Shown: positions 15,777-24,109 of the stretch, one piece after another | Layout of the letters: each line of letters begins with the position of its first letter | How positions within the stretch are numbered: position 1 is the stretch's first letter | DNA from: a virus | Lineage: Duplodnaviria > Caudoviricetes | Length of the DNA stretch: 39,561 nt | Reading direction: 5' to 3' (one strand) | Virus record (IMG/VR): IMGVR_UViG_3300030106_004706 | Coordinates: 1-39,561 of that record | The notes under the pieces: generated by a model | What the model saw: only the letters and a program-made list of their open reading frames with translations | Told to the model about the DNA's origin: nothing | Database searches by the model: none | Program-made: the position numbers and the translations under genes

Positions 15777-16363
15777 TAACAGTCATTAAAGACGGAACCA
15801 ACTTGAGATCCAATAGATTCTCCTGCACTATTACCAAGTAAAGTTGCCCATCCAGCAGCTAACCATCCAATGTATGGAATATTCATGACAGCAGGAGCGA
15901 CTAAACCAGTAGTAATGGCACTACCTGCCATCGCACCTTGTGACCGTGCCCCAGCGTCCGCCACGATGCACTCTATGTCTTTTGCAGACTTTCCCTCGCC
16001 TGGTAAAGAGGCACCTCCCATATTACGAACGCCTTCCATAGTGTATTGATCGCGACGATATTCATTACGATCTTCAAAGAGTTCACTACCACCAAAAAAT
16101 CCTTTCTTATTCTTAGTTTGAACTAAATCAACAGACCTTTCAGACTCTAAGACTTTGGGATCATTTGCTTTATATTCTATACTATAACCTTCCTTACCTG
16201 CTTCTATTTTGTAAGAAGAATATGGAGTACCACGAGGGATGTTAATCGTTGGAACTTCAACAACTCTTCTAGGTTGTCGAATGAGGTGTCCTAAAACACC
16301 AATATGAGTAATTGCTATGAGACCGCCAATACTAATTGCGGTCCATTTAAGAGAAGGTTTCAT
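15776..16363 (-). CDS. Membrane protein with a C-terminal glycine zipper
   Basis: N-terminal TM; GAMAGSAI...IPYIGWLAAGWATLLGNSAGESIGSQVG. Confidence 0.8.
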   Translation of the reverse strand: MKPSLKWTAISIGGLIAITHIGVLGHLIRQPRRVVEVPTINIPRGTPYSSYKIEAGKEGYSIEYKANDPKVLESERSVDLVQTKNKKGFFGGSELFEDRNEYRRDQYTMEGVRNMGGASLPGEGKSAKDIECIVADAGARSQGAMAGSAITTGLVAPAVMNIPYIGWLAAGWATLLGNSAGESIGSQVGSVFNDC

Positions 16364-16364
16364 A

Positions 16365-16826
16365 TCACATCTTATATGGAGGTTGATCTGAATCAGTTAC
16401 GATTTTGATAGGTCCTTGCTCAAGTCTAATAGTTTGAGCAGGTGCGGTTTCTTTAGCAGCAGCAATTAATCTTTCAATATCTGCTTTTGTAATTCCACCA
16501 CCAGCACCAGCTGCGATAGAACCACCATTCTGCATCTTCATAGTACCATCACCAGACTTCTTCGCTGTCTGGACGCCAAAAGTAGCTAAAACACCAGTGA
16601 ACACACTGGCTATGAAAGTTGGATCGATCTTTTGCTGTGGTAGATTTGGGATAGTGACATAGTTTAATGTGAGAATACCACCGGACCAAACAAGAATCCC
16701 TAAACGAACAAAAGTTGAAAGAATGGCAAGGTGCTCCTCAGAGTCCTCTACCTTTTCTTTCAACTTTCCGAAAGGTCCTTTTTTCTTTTCTTCTTTTACT
16801 TCTTCCTTTTTTACTTCTTCGGGCAT
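16365..16826 (-). CDS. Two-TM membrane protein (holin-like topology)
   Basis: Charged N-terminus, LSTFVRLGILVWSGGILTLNY and DPTFIASVFTGVLATFG. Confidence 0.75.
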   Translation of the reverse strand: MPEEVKKEEVKEEKKKGPFGKLKEKVEDSEEHLAILSTFVRLGILVWSGGILTLNYVTIPNLPQQKIDPTFIASVFTGVLATFGVQTAKKSGDGTMKMQNGGSIAAGAGGGITKADIERLIAAAKETAPAQTIRLEQGPIKIVTDSDQPPYKM

Positions 16827-16847
16827 GGTAAAAGGGGTTAGGCAACT

Positions 16848-17552
16848 TTATTTAGCGATGAACCCCTTCTCAATCAACCATTCGCGTGTCATTGGTGTTG
16901 GATCGTAATCAGTCCACATAGTTCCAGCAGCACAAGACTCCAGTGCTTTGGCAGTCATACCCTCAGTTTTACCTGCCCAGGTTGCTTCTTTCTCCCAAGG
17001 AATAGCAGATGGTTGGAATGCGTATGTTCTTCTTGCCATCTCCTGCCAAATCTCAGGAACATCCTCCTCAGGCATGATGATAGCAATCATACTATTATCA
17101 ATAGTTCCTGCCATACAATCCTGTGCAGCGTGCCATCCTTCATGACGCATCACACTCATTAATGTACCAGGACGACCCATAAATCTTTTATTCAAAAAGA
17201 AGTTATTACTTACAGTATGATAAACACCACGGTGTCCTACAGGAAAATACTTTTCATCTGCTAAAAACACATTAACTCCGACCCTGCTAAGGGAAACAAG
17301 CATATTGTTGAATTCAGTAGCAATAGGATAAAAAGAATCAGTATTGGGGTACTGACTAGAAATATCCAAAAGATTAGTGACTTTCTGGACTCCATCTTTA
17401 CACTCTCGGAGTAACATGCATCCCATGGAATCCATGGAATAATAACCGTTCTTTAATTTATCTTCTTCAGCTAGAACTGGAGTCATCCCTAATAGGCACG
17501 AACCAATTAGGATTGATTTCAAGGCATTTTTCAAGTTTGTAAACTTGTTCAT
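16848..17552 (-). CDS. Exported zincin-like metallopeptidase
   Basis: Signal peptide ending PVLA, VMRHEGWHAAQDC and downstream WEKEA. Confidence 0.75.
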   Translation of the reverse strand: MNKFTNLKNALKSILIGSCLLGMTPVLAEEDKLKNGYYSMDSMGCMLLRECKDGVQKVTNLLDISSQYPNTDSFYPIATEFNNMLVSLSRVGVNVFLADEKYFPVGHRGVYHTVSNNFFLNKRFMGRPGTLMSVMRHEGWHAAQDCMAGTIDNSMIAIIMPEEDVPEIWQEMARRTYAFQPSAIPWEKEATWAGKTEGMTAKALESCAAGTMWTDYDPTPMTREWLIEKGFIAK

Positions 17553-17742
17553 GATGGACCTCCTTCAAATATTTTTGAAAATAATGTTCAATGTTATTAA
17601 TATTGTTATTGCCTTGACTTACCCAGTCATGACAAAACTCATATACTGCTCTACAGTTCTCGTCAAGGTGATGTTGTAGAGCACGAAACACAGCAGCTCT
17701 CAACTGCATACGTTCGTCAGTAAATCTCCAGTCTTCAGTCAT
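17467..17742 (-). CDS. Hypothetical protein
   Basis: 91-aa ORF with ATGA coupling to the upstream gene. Confidence 0.65.
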   Translation of the reverse strand: MTEDWRFTDERMQLRAAVFRALQHHLDENCRAVYEFCHDWVSQGNNNINNIEHYFQKYLKEVHHEQVYKLEKCLEINPNWFVPIRDDSSSS

Positions 17743-18164
17743 TTTTTAAAAGCATTCCATCCATTACCAGATTGCCAACCACCAGGTCCCTCCTGGAAGT
17801 TTTCAGAACCACCCTGACTTTCGCTAACGGTGTTCCAATTTTGTGTTGCGATTTCATACATCTTTTGATGAATGTCGTCTAATTCTGCACCAGACTCTTC
17901 ACGCTTTTTTTCTTCTTCAATTTTCCACTCCATCTCAACTGCCATATAATCCTTTTGCTTCTCAGTAAGAGTTGGAGTTGGTCCAAACCAAGGATCCTCT
18001 GGAAGATAAGCAGGAGCAGGAATACCAGTAAAAGGAGTTGAATCTATTTCAGAACAATCAACTACTTCATCATCAATAGCACATTCAATCTTTTCTTCTT
18101 TCTTGGGAGAAAGAATTTTTTTAATTGTTGCTTGTGCGCCGAGAAGTAGTTCTCTAAATTTCAT
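17739..18164 (-). CDS. Hypothetical acidic protein
   Basis: Probable start MKFREL at 18164 (TAATG overlap). Confidence 0.7.
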   Translation of the reverse strand: MKFRELLLGAQATIKKILSPKKEEKIECAIDDEVVDCSEIDSTPFTGIPAPAYLPEDPWFGPTPTLTEKQKDYMAVEMEWKIEEEKKREESGAELDDIHQKMYEIATQNWNTVSESQGGSENFQEGPGGWQSGNGWNAFKK

Positions 18165-18562
18165 TACTGCCAATAATAGTGATAAAAGTTTCCTTTAGGA
18201 TGACACATCGGATCTTCGGAAGCAACCCGATATCTCAACATAGATTGTCCTTTGTAGTCGGTTCTACCATTGAGAACCTCTGACCATAATAGTATACTAT
18301 TCCTACCCTGTACAGAGCTTAACCTCTCTACAAGTTTTGGATTCGGAACAATTGATTTCTTAGTATATATGCCCTCGTACTGACCTGGAGCATAGACCAC
18401 TTCAGAAACTGTGTTTGGAAATCTATCAGATGCTACTCGGTTAAGAACTGATGCAGCAACGCAGAATTCATCTGCCGTGTTTGGTGCCGCTTCAACCTGA
18501 ACAACCTTTGCTAAATGCTGATAATCAAGTGGGGTTAATGTTAGTAATAATTCAATCATCAT
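18164..18562 (-). CDS. Cell wall hydrolase (SleB/Hydrolase_2 family)
   Basis: LAKVVQVEA...VAASVLNRVASDRFPNTVSEVVYAPGQY...GNFYHY. Confidence 0.85.
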   Translation of the reverse strand: MMIELLLTLTPLDYQHLAKVVQVEAAPNTADEFCVAASVLNRVASDRFPNTVSEVVYAPGQYEGIYTKKSIVPNPKLVERLSSVQGRNSILLWSEVLNGRTDYKGQSMLRYRVASEDPMCHPKGNFYHYYWQ

Positions 18563-18701
18563 AAGTCAACTTTTTTTCATCAGGGAAGTAAGTTCTAAAA
18601 AGATGCGATGCTTCAATATGCTCGCCCTTTGAAGTCAATCGTTTACATTCTTTTAGAATCCTATCTTTGAATTCTTTAGAAGGTCCGTGACTAGTCGTCA
18701 T
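18552..18701 (-). CDS. Hypothetical protein (49 aa)
   Basis: MTTSHGPSKEFKDRILKECKRLTSKGEHIEASHLFRTYFPDEKKLTYDD. It fills the gap and overlaps both neighbours. Confidence 0.6.
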   Translation of the reverse strand: MTTSHGPSKEFKDRILKECKRLTSKGEHIEASHLFRTYFPDEKKLTYDD

Positions 18702-18891
18702 GCTTGTCTCCTATGTATTCTAGTGAGATTATGTCATGAGTTAGAGAATTTGGGTCCAACCACTCATAAAATTCACCTTGAATTGCAGAGGCATCATCAA
18801 TGCTAATGAAGTTATTGGATTCACAGAGAGTATGTATACGATCTATTGCCCAGTCAGTCGTCTTTAGACATGTCTCTTCCAAAGTTACCAT
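18691..18891 (-). CDS. Hypothetical protein (66 aa)
   Basis: ORF in the tightly packed minus-strand run. Confidence 0.65.
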   Translation of the reverse strand: MVTLEETCLKTTDWAIDRIHTLCESNNFISIDDASAIQGEFYEWLDPNSLTHDIISLEYIGDKHDD

Positions 18892-19303
18892 AGTCCTTAC
18901 GCATGTAACGCCCTAGAATGTTGGAATTATAGTATGCGGGAGACCCATCGTCAAGAGCCTCGCTTAAGACATTATTTAAGAATAACTGCTTTGTCTCTTC
19001 GTAGTTACAGTTACCCTTCGTATCGTGAAGACTTAAAATTTCTCTATTGAAAATCTCTTTGCCGTATAGTTTGAGATCTTCTTTTAATTCTGGACAAGAA
19101 CCGTAATACTTTTGCCAGTCAGATTCCTGTTTGACTCTCCTTTTTTTACCAGGTGGTTTTCTAAATGACCAGAAGTACTTTCTACCAATGTACCTTTTAC
19201 CCGATCGTGTATTTGTAATAAGATAGACAAAACCGAAGTTATCGTCAATATCCTCAGATAAAAAAGGTTGTCCCCTAAAGCACCAGGGATTCTCATAGCT
19301 CAT
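18854..19303 (-). CDS. denA: GIY-YIG endonuclease II (T4 DenA-like)
   Basis: GFVYLITN...RYIGRK...DWQKYYGS...YYNSNI. Single nuclease domain located downstream of nrdB, as in T4-like phages. Confidence 0.8.
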   Translation of the reverse strand: MSYENPWCFRGQPFLSEDIDDNFGFVYLITNTRSGKRYIGRKYFWSFRKPPGKKRRVKQESDWQKYYGSCPELKEDLKLYGKEIFNREILSLHDTKGNCNYEETKQLFLNNVLSEALDDGSPAYYNSNILGRYMRKDYGNFGRDMSKDD

Positions 19304-19367
19304 ACTATATTTATAATATTAAGCTATTATTTATCTTTAACCGGGACAAACCTAGTCTATTGACGTT

Positions 19368-19847
19368 TCAGTTATTTGTCAAGCCTTTAAGGGATCTTAT
19401 TGGTCTCTTCACAATCTCTCTTGTGATTGGAGTTGGACCTGATCCAGGACCACCTTGACTTGCAGGAACTCCTACAAACCTTCTTTGCCTGATTGATTGT
19501 GGAATATCAACACCAAATGCTCTGTCAGGTCTTCCAAGAAGTCCAGGTTTTTCACCTGCCTTGTATGCCTGATTGCTCATGCCCCTCTGTAAGGCATCAT
19601 CACCAAACAGAGTTTTGGGGTTAGGATTCTTCTTGAAATACTCCAGAGGAGTTCCAAAGGGTGCCTGTGCCTCGTTTGGAATGCGAGTATTCTTTCCTTT
19701 GTTAAACCAATTCATAGCACCTGTTGCTGCTTTTTGAAGTGGTTTCTTGGCAACTCTACCAATCATTTTCAGAGCAGTGCCGAGACCTTCATCAATTTGA
19801 GACTTTGATGAATATGCCTGCTCTGAGAACTCCTTATACGTCTTCAT
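19368..19847 (-). CDS. Putative internal head protein with a T4 capsid-targeting-like N-terminus
   Basis: MKTYKEFSE...QIDE|G resembles the T4 IP leader MKTYQEFIAE. Confidence 0.6.
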   Translation of the reverse strand: MKTYKEFSEQAYSSKSQIDEGLGTALKMIGRVAKKPLQKAATGAMNWFNKGKNTRIPNEAQAPFGTPLEYFKKNPNPKTLFGDDALQRGMSNQAYKAGEKPGLLGRPDRAFGVDIPQSIRQRRFVGVPASQGGPGSGPTPITREIVKRPIRSLKGLTNN

Positions 19848-19851
19848 TTAA

Positions 19852-20934
19852 TCAGACTTTACCCTTTTTCTTGTAGGTTTCTTTAGTAAACGATTCTGGT
19901 TTTCCTCCATAGGACGCCCTTACTGGTGCAGTGCCTTTTACATAAGTAACCGAATCGGCATACTTGCCCTCTACGATGTCCTGGACGTGCTCAGAGGTCA
20001 TCTGGAGCATGACGTAATGCGCTTCTTCTACGGTGTCTACGTGCCCCTCAGAAAGGAGGTAGTCTAAAACTAAATCGTATGCTTCTTTTTTCATTCTTTG
20101 TGCTGCGGGTTTGATTGTGCCTTTAGGTAGTGCTCCAAAATTGCTGGACAGTGCGTCCGTTGTTCTTTTAAGTTCTGCAGCATAAGTTCCTGCTCTAGGA
20201 TTTACACCACCTGTTGCTGCATTGGTAGGATTTTTAGTTGTAGTTGAATTTGTAAAATCGCTAAATCTGCTTGGTCGCTTGCCAGTTTTTGGATCAACAA
20301 AAATCTTTTGATTAGGAAATATTGCTGCGTTTGCATTAAGACCAAAATCTTTTGCTCTTGCAGGATTTTTCCTTAACTCATCATACTTTTTGTTGATATC
20401 CGCCTTAGTCAAATTATATGAACCCTCTTTGTCAGAGAACTTATACTTCTTCTCATCCTTTGGTGGAGTGGGTGTGGAAGTAGTAGTGGTAGTGGTTGGT
20501 GGTGTATAAGGTTCTACTTTTATTGAAGTGGGTTGAGTTTTTGTATAATCTACTTTTGGATTTCCATATCCGTCAACCTTGTCATCTCCACCACGGAGAT
20601 CAGGAAACTTTTGTTTTGGTTTTTCTTTGGGACCACCAGAACCATAGTCTCCAGTTCCAAAGTATTCCTCAGGATCCTGAGTTACCTTGGGTCTACCACC
20701 ACCAGGTCCAACATAATTTGGATTAGGTTTGGTAGAATCTTGTTTGATGCCTGCTGCACCTTTACCAGTAACAGTATTTTTTATAATACTCCCGATTGCC
20801 TCTAACCCACTCATGTCATCGCGAGGTATCCTCGGACTAGTGGTGTTTACATTATCAGAGTCAGGAATTGGAACAAACGTACCATTAATGATGAATCCTG
20901 GTTTTCCGTTTCTAATTACTACTCTATTGCTCAT
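19852..20934 (-). CDS. Low-complexity, probably virion-associated protein
   Basis: Pro/Thr/Lys-rich with a C-terminal [22 protein letters not shown] helical module. Confidence 0.7.
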   Translation of the reverse strand: MSNRVVIRNGKPGFIINGTFVPIPDSDNVNTTSPRIPRDDMSGLEAIGSIIKNTVTGKGAAGIKQDSTKPNPNYVGPGGGRPKVTQDPEEYFGTGDYGSGGPKEKPKQKFPDLRGGDDKVDGYGNPKVDYTKTQPTSIKVEPYTPPTTTTTTSTPTPPKDEKKYKFSDKEGSYNLTKADINKKYDELRKNPARAKDFGLNANAAIFPNQKIFVDPKTGKRPSRFSDFTNSTTTKNPTNAATGGVNPRAGTYAAELKRTTDALSSNFGALPKGTIKPAAQRMKKEAYDLVLDYLLSEGHVDTVEEAHYVMLQMTSEHVQDIVEGKYADSVTYVKGTAPVRASYGGKPESFTKETYKKKGKV

Positions 20935-21494
20935 TTCTTTACCTTTTCAAGTTTTCCGTTGTTAAATCTATATTCCTGACCGTTATATATGTAACGGTCG
21001 GGATCATTCACTACCTCAGGAGTGTATGGATCTTTAGTTCCCGTAGGTCCAGTGGGTCCTGTGGGACCACCAGTAGGACCTGTGGGACCGCCAGTAGGAC
21101 CTGTGGGTCCTGTGGGTCCAGTAGGTGCTGTAGGACCTGTAGGTCCAGACGTTTTACCACTCTCAGCTTTATCTAATTCTCTATGAATGTCTGAACCCAC
21201 TTCTTTGGTTAAATCGCGTAGATTTTTAGCACCGTACCCTATAGCACGTCTAAAAGCACCATCAAACATTGCCTGGTCAATGCCAATAGCTCCACCCAAC
21301 TTCAAAAGTTTTGACTTCCAACCCTCAGTAAGTTCAGTATCTTGAGGAATGATATCTTCCTTTTTGAGTAAGTCAAAAAGATTTTCTGCTAAATTTTGAA
21401 TAGCAACTTCTTCACTTAATTCATCTTTATCAGGATAAACTGAAGTGTAAGCACTATTCAGTTCTCTTAATTGTTTTGGTGATAGCGGATCCAT
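20931..21494 (-). CDS. Probable virion-associated protein with a collagen-like GPT repeat
   Basis: [16 protein letters not shown]|G and (GPT)n. Confidence 0.7.
   Translation of the reverse strand: MDPLSPKQLRELNSAYTSVYPDKDELSEEVAIQNLAENLFDLLKKEDIIPQDTELTEGWKSKLLKLGGAIGIDQAMFDGAFRRAIGYGAKNLRDLTKEVGSDIHRELDKAESGKTSGPTGPTAPTGPTGPTGPTGGPTGPTGGPTGPTGPTGTKDPYTPEVVNDPDRYIYNGQEYRFNNGKLEKVKK
21040..21146 (-). repeat. 9-bp-unit degenerate tandem repeat encoding Gly-Pro-Thr
   Basis: [36 protein letters not shown]. Confidence 0.9.
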
Positions 21495-21514
21495 CTTATA
21501 GAGACACTTTCTTA

Positions 21515-22759
21515 CTATTTAGCACTAGATGCTTTTTTCCGGAAAGAAGCAAAGTCAACTAAACCTTTTGCAAAACCCTTTGAACCTCCTTTTGAAATAT
21601 TATCAAATGCTTGTGTTGCTTTATCAGCACCGACCATGTATCCATAGATGCTGCCAGCAGTGCCACCAAGTAAAGCACCTTTTGGTCCAAAAACAGAACC
21701 AAATTTCGCACCAAGTTTTCCACCAATAGCAGCACCTCCAATACCACCACTAGTTCTTGTTGCTGCACCTGTTACTGCGGTCGATGTATCCTGTCCAAGA
21801 TCTTTACGTCTCATGTATTCGCCTTGTGCCTCAAGACCAGCACCAACAGCACCAAGACCCTTTCCTATACGACTAAGAGTTCTAACATTAGATGCAGATT
21901 TCTTTTTAGCAGCATCTTGCATCTGCTTTACTACTTTATCTGCTACGGCAGTTGAAGATGTTCCTGGTGGTTTTAGTAGTTCTATTGGTGGTTTAACACG
22001 AATTTTTACAGGTCTGTTAACAACTCTTTGTCCTGCCCTTTCTCGACCAAGACCTAAATTACTGTATGTTTGAGGACGAGATGCCCTAACAGGGTTAGAT
22101 GCCCTTACTCTCTTGACATCAAGACTTCTTCCAGCCGTTTCTGGACCAAGACCTAAGTTCCTATATGTAGTGGGTTTTGGAGGTTTGGGTAGTTTTGAGT
22201 CCGATCTTATCTGCTTGAGAACTTCCTCACCTCTCCTAACAAGAGTTCTGTCATACCCAGCAGACATTCTCTTTTCTAATCCTGCCTGTGTTCTAAGTCC
22301 TTTAAGAACATCATCGGCCTGACTAGAAAGACGCCCTCTTCTAGTAGTAACTTTTGGTTTTACTTTATCAATTTCTCTATTAAGATCTGCAAGTCCGGAA
22401 CTAGTTTTTGGTTTTGAAGATGTTGGTCTTTTCCTTTTAAACTCTGCTTTCATATCCTGAGCAGCTTGATTCTCCGCAGCTGCTCCTTTTTCAGTACCAA
22501 TTTCTAATTTTTTAAAAAACTCAGCATCTGCTGCCCGCCCTGCAGGAGTATTTCTTGCACTAGGTCTTGTTCTTGTTCTTTGACCAGTTTGAGAGGTTCT
22601 TGTTTTACCACCTGATATTCTTTCAGCAGCTTGTCTAGTAGATTCTAACTCAGCCTGAAGTCTTCTAGCTTTTACAGGATCCGCAGTCATCATCTGACGG
22701 ATTCTTTTAATATCCTCCTGACTAATATTCTCAGTGACAAAATTCTTGAACGACTTCAT
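21515..22759 (-). CDS. Basic putative internal/ejected protein with a C-terminal glycine zipper
   Basis: [10 protein letters not shown] leader, K/R-rich body and [32 protein letters not shown]. Confidence 0.7.
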   Translation of the reverse strand: MKSFKNFVTENISQEDIKRIRQMMTADPVKARRLQAELESTRQAAERISGGKTRTSQTGQRTRTRPSARNTPAGRAADAEFFKKLEIGTEKGAAAENQAAQDMKAEFKRKRPTSSKPKTSSGLADLNREIDKVKPKVTTRRGRLSSQADDVLKGLRTQAGLEKRMSAGYDRTLVRRGEEVLKQIRSDSKLPKPPKPTTYRNLGLGPETAGRSLDVKRVRASNPVRASRPQTYSNLGLGRERAGQRVVNRPVKIRVKPPIELLKPPGTSSTAVADKVVKQMQDAAKKKSASNVRTLSRIGKGLGAVGAGLEAQGEYMRRKDLGQDTSTAVTGAATRTSGGIGGAAIGGKLGAKFGSVFGPKGALLGGTAGSIYGYMVGADKATQAFDNISKGGSKGFAKGLVDFASFRKKASSAK

Positions 22760-22786
22760 CTGACAGCGACACTATTCCTATATGGA

Positions 22787-22794
22787 TATTTATA
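22787..22794 (-). promoter_or_regulatory. T4-type late promoter
   Basis: TATAAATA immediately after the nrdB terminator. Confidence 0.75.
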
Positions 22795-22820
22795 AAAAAA
22801 GAGAGGACCTTAGTCCTCTC
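22795..22820 (-). terminator. Rho-independent terminator after nrdB
   Basis: GAGAGGAC-TAAG-GTCCTCTC followed by TTTTTT. Confidence 0.85.
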
Positions 22821-22941
22821 TAAAAGATTCGTATCCGTCGTAGTCACCAAATAGAAAATTGTCGCGTTTAGCTGCCTCTTGGAATGCTCTTATTGCTTCC
22901 TCACGAAACGCTTCATATTCCTCAGAGGGAGAAACCTGCAA
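22810..22941 (-). CDS. Possible small acidic ORF overlapping the nrdB stop
   Basis: TTG start gives LQVSPSEEYEAFREEAIRAFQEAAKRDNFLFGDYDGYESFRED. Confidence 0.4.
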   Translation of the reverse strand: MQVSPSEEYEAFREEAIRAFQEAAKRDNFLFGDYDGYESFRED

Positions 22942-24109
22942 AGGAGTCTTTTTTAACGTCTTGTTTGATTCCTCCAACGATATAGGATTCAACTTCGGTT
23001 TCCTGTGGGGCAACCTGAAGACCCTTAGAAGAGATCCAATGCTCTGTCCAAGGAAGTGGATTGTTCTTTGCAGGTACGTCATAGATTGGTTTCAGTCTGA
23101 TTGCTTTCATTCTACGATTAGCAACCCATTCAACATACTGCTGTAACAGTTTGTCATTAAGACCAATCATAGATCCATCTTTGAACAGATATTCTGCCCA
23201 AAGTTTTTCTTGATTAACACAATTTTCAAAGGCGCTAATCAACCACTGTTCTTCTTCTTTGAAGATCTGCTGCATCTCAGGGTCATCACCATTCTTCCAT
23301 TTGTTCAGAATGTTCTGAGTAATGGCAAGATGCTGATTCTCATCGCGAGCAATCAAGGAAATGATTTTGGCACTTCCTTCCATAAGTTTGAGTTCGCCAA
23401 ACGCAAAGCTGCAAGCAAAGGATACGTAGAAGCGAATACCTTCAAGAATATTAACGTTTGCAACTGCTCTGAAGAGTTTGCGCTTGAGTTCATACCTTGA
23501 TTCTAGTGCGTAGGGGACTTCTTCTAATGCGTGCTTCCAATCATTGCTATTATCCCACTGATGGGCAGCATTTATAAAGTCATTATATGCCTCAGTAACA
23601 CTGGCGGCACGTTCTAGGATACGATCATCAGTCAGAATGTGGTCAAACACATCTGAAGGGTCTGCATAAACATTCTTGATGATATGGGTGTAGGAGCGAC
23701 TGTGGATCATTTCCATGAATCCCCAGACCTCCATACATGCCTCTAACTCAGGTAATGAGCAGTATGGGATAAAAGCCATCCCAGGACCGCGCCCTTGTAC
23801 AGAATCCAGCATGATCTGGTACTTAAGATTGCTGGTAAAAATGTGCTTTTGCTCAGGGCGTAATGTCTGATAGTCACTGCGATCCTTTTGTAAGGAGACC
23901 TCCTCAGGTCTCCAGAAATAACCAAGTTGTTGCGTCGTCAGTTTATCAAAAACTGGATACTTGTAAGAGTCATATCTTTGAATACCCAGGGGTTTTCCAA
24001 AGAACATAGGTTGTTTTTTGGTGTCAACTACTTCTGAGTTGAACACCGTCATGGAATCTACCACTGGTTTTTTACTCTCGCTGTTTGTCTTAAATCTTAC
24101 AAGACTCAC
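22922..24109 (-). CDS. nrdB: Ribonucleotide reductase class Ia beta subunit
   Basis: FWRPEEVSL, LDSVQGR, EMIHSRSYTHI, EGIRFYVSFA, IARDENQH and VAPQETE. Confidence 0.97.
   Translation of the reverse strand: MSLVRFKTNSESKKPVVDSMTVFNSEVVDTKKQPMFFGKPLGIQRYDSYKYPVFDKLTTQQLGYFWRPEEVSLQKDRSDYQTLRPEQKHIFTSNLKYQIMLDSVQGRGPGMAFIPYCSLPELEACMEVWGFMEMIHSRSYTHIIKNVYADPSDVFDHILTDDRILERAASVTEAYNDFINAAHQWDNSNDWKHALEEVPYALESRYELKRKLFRAVANVNILEGIRFYVSFACSFAFGELKLMEGSAKIISLIARDENQHLAITQNILNKWKNGDDPEMQQIFKEEEQWLISAFENCVNQEKLWAEYLFKDGSMIGLNDKLLQQYVEWVANRRMKAIRLKPIYDVPAKNNPLPWTEHWISSKGLQVAPQETEVESYIVGGIKQDVKKDSFAGFSL

Noticed and set aside
18854-19303. Mobile GIY-YIG homing endonuclease
   Set aside because: It is a short single domain with no DNA-binding extension, and its sequence and position fit core DenA.
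21040-21146. CRISPR-like or non-coding repeat array
   Set aside because: The repeats are in-frame 9-bp codon units without spacers. I saw no CRISPR array or cas gene in the window.
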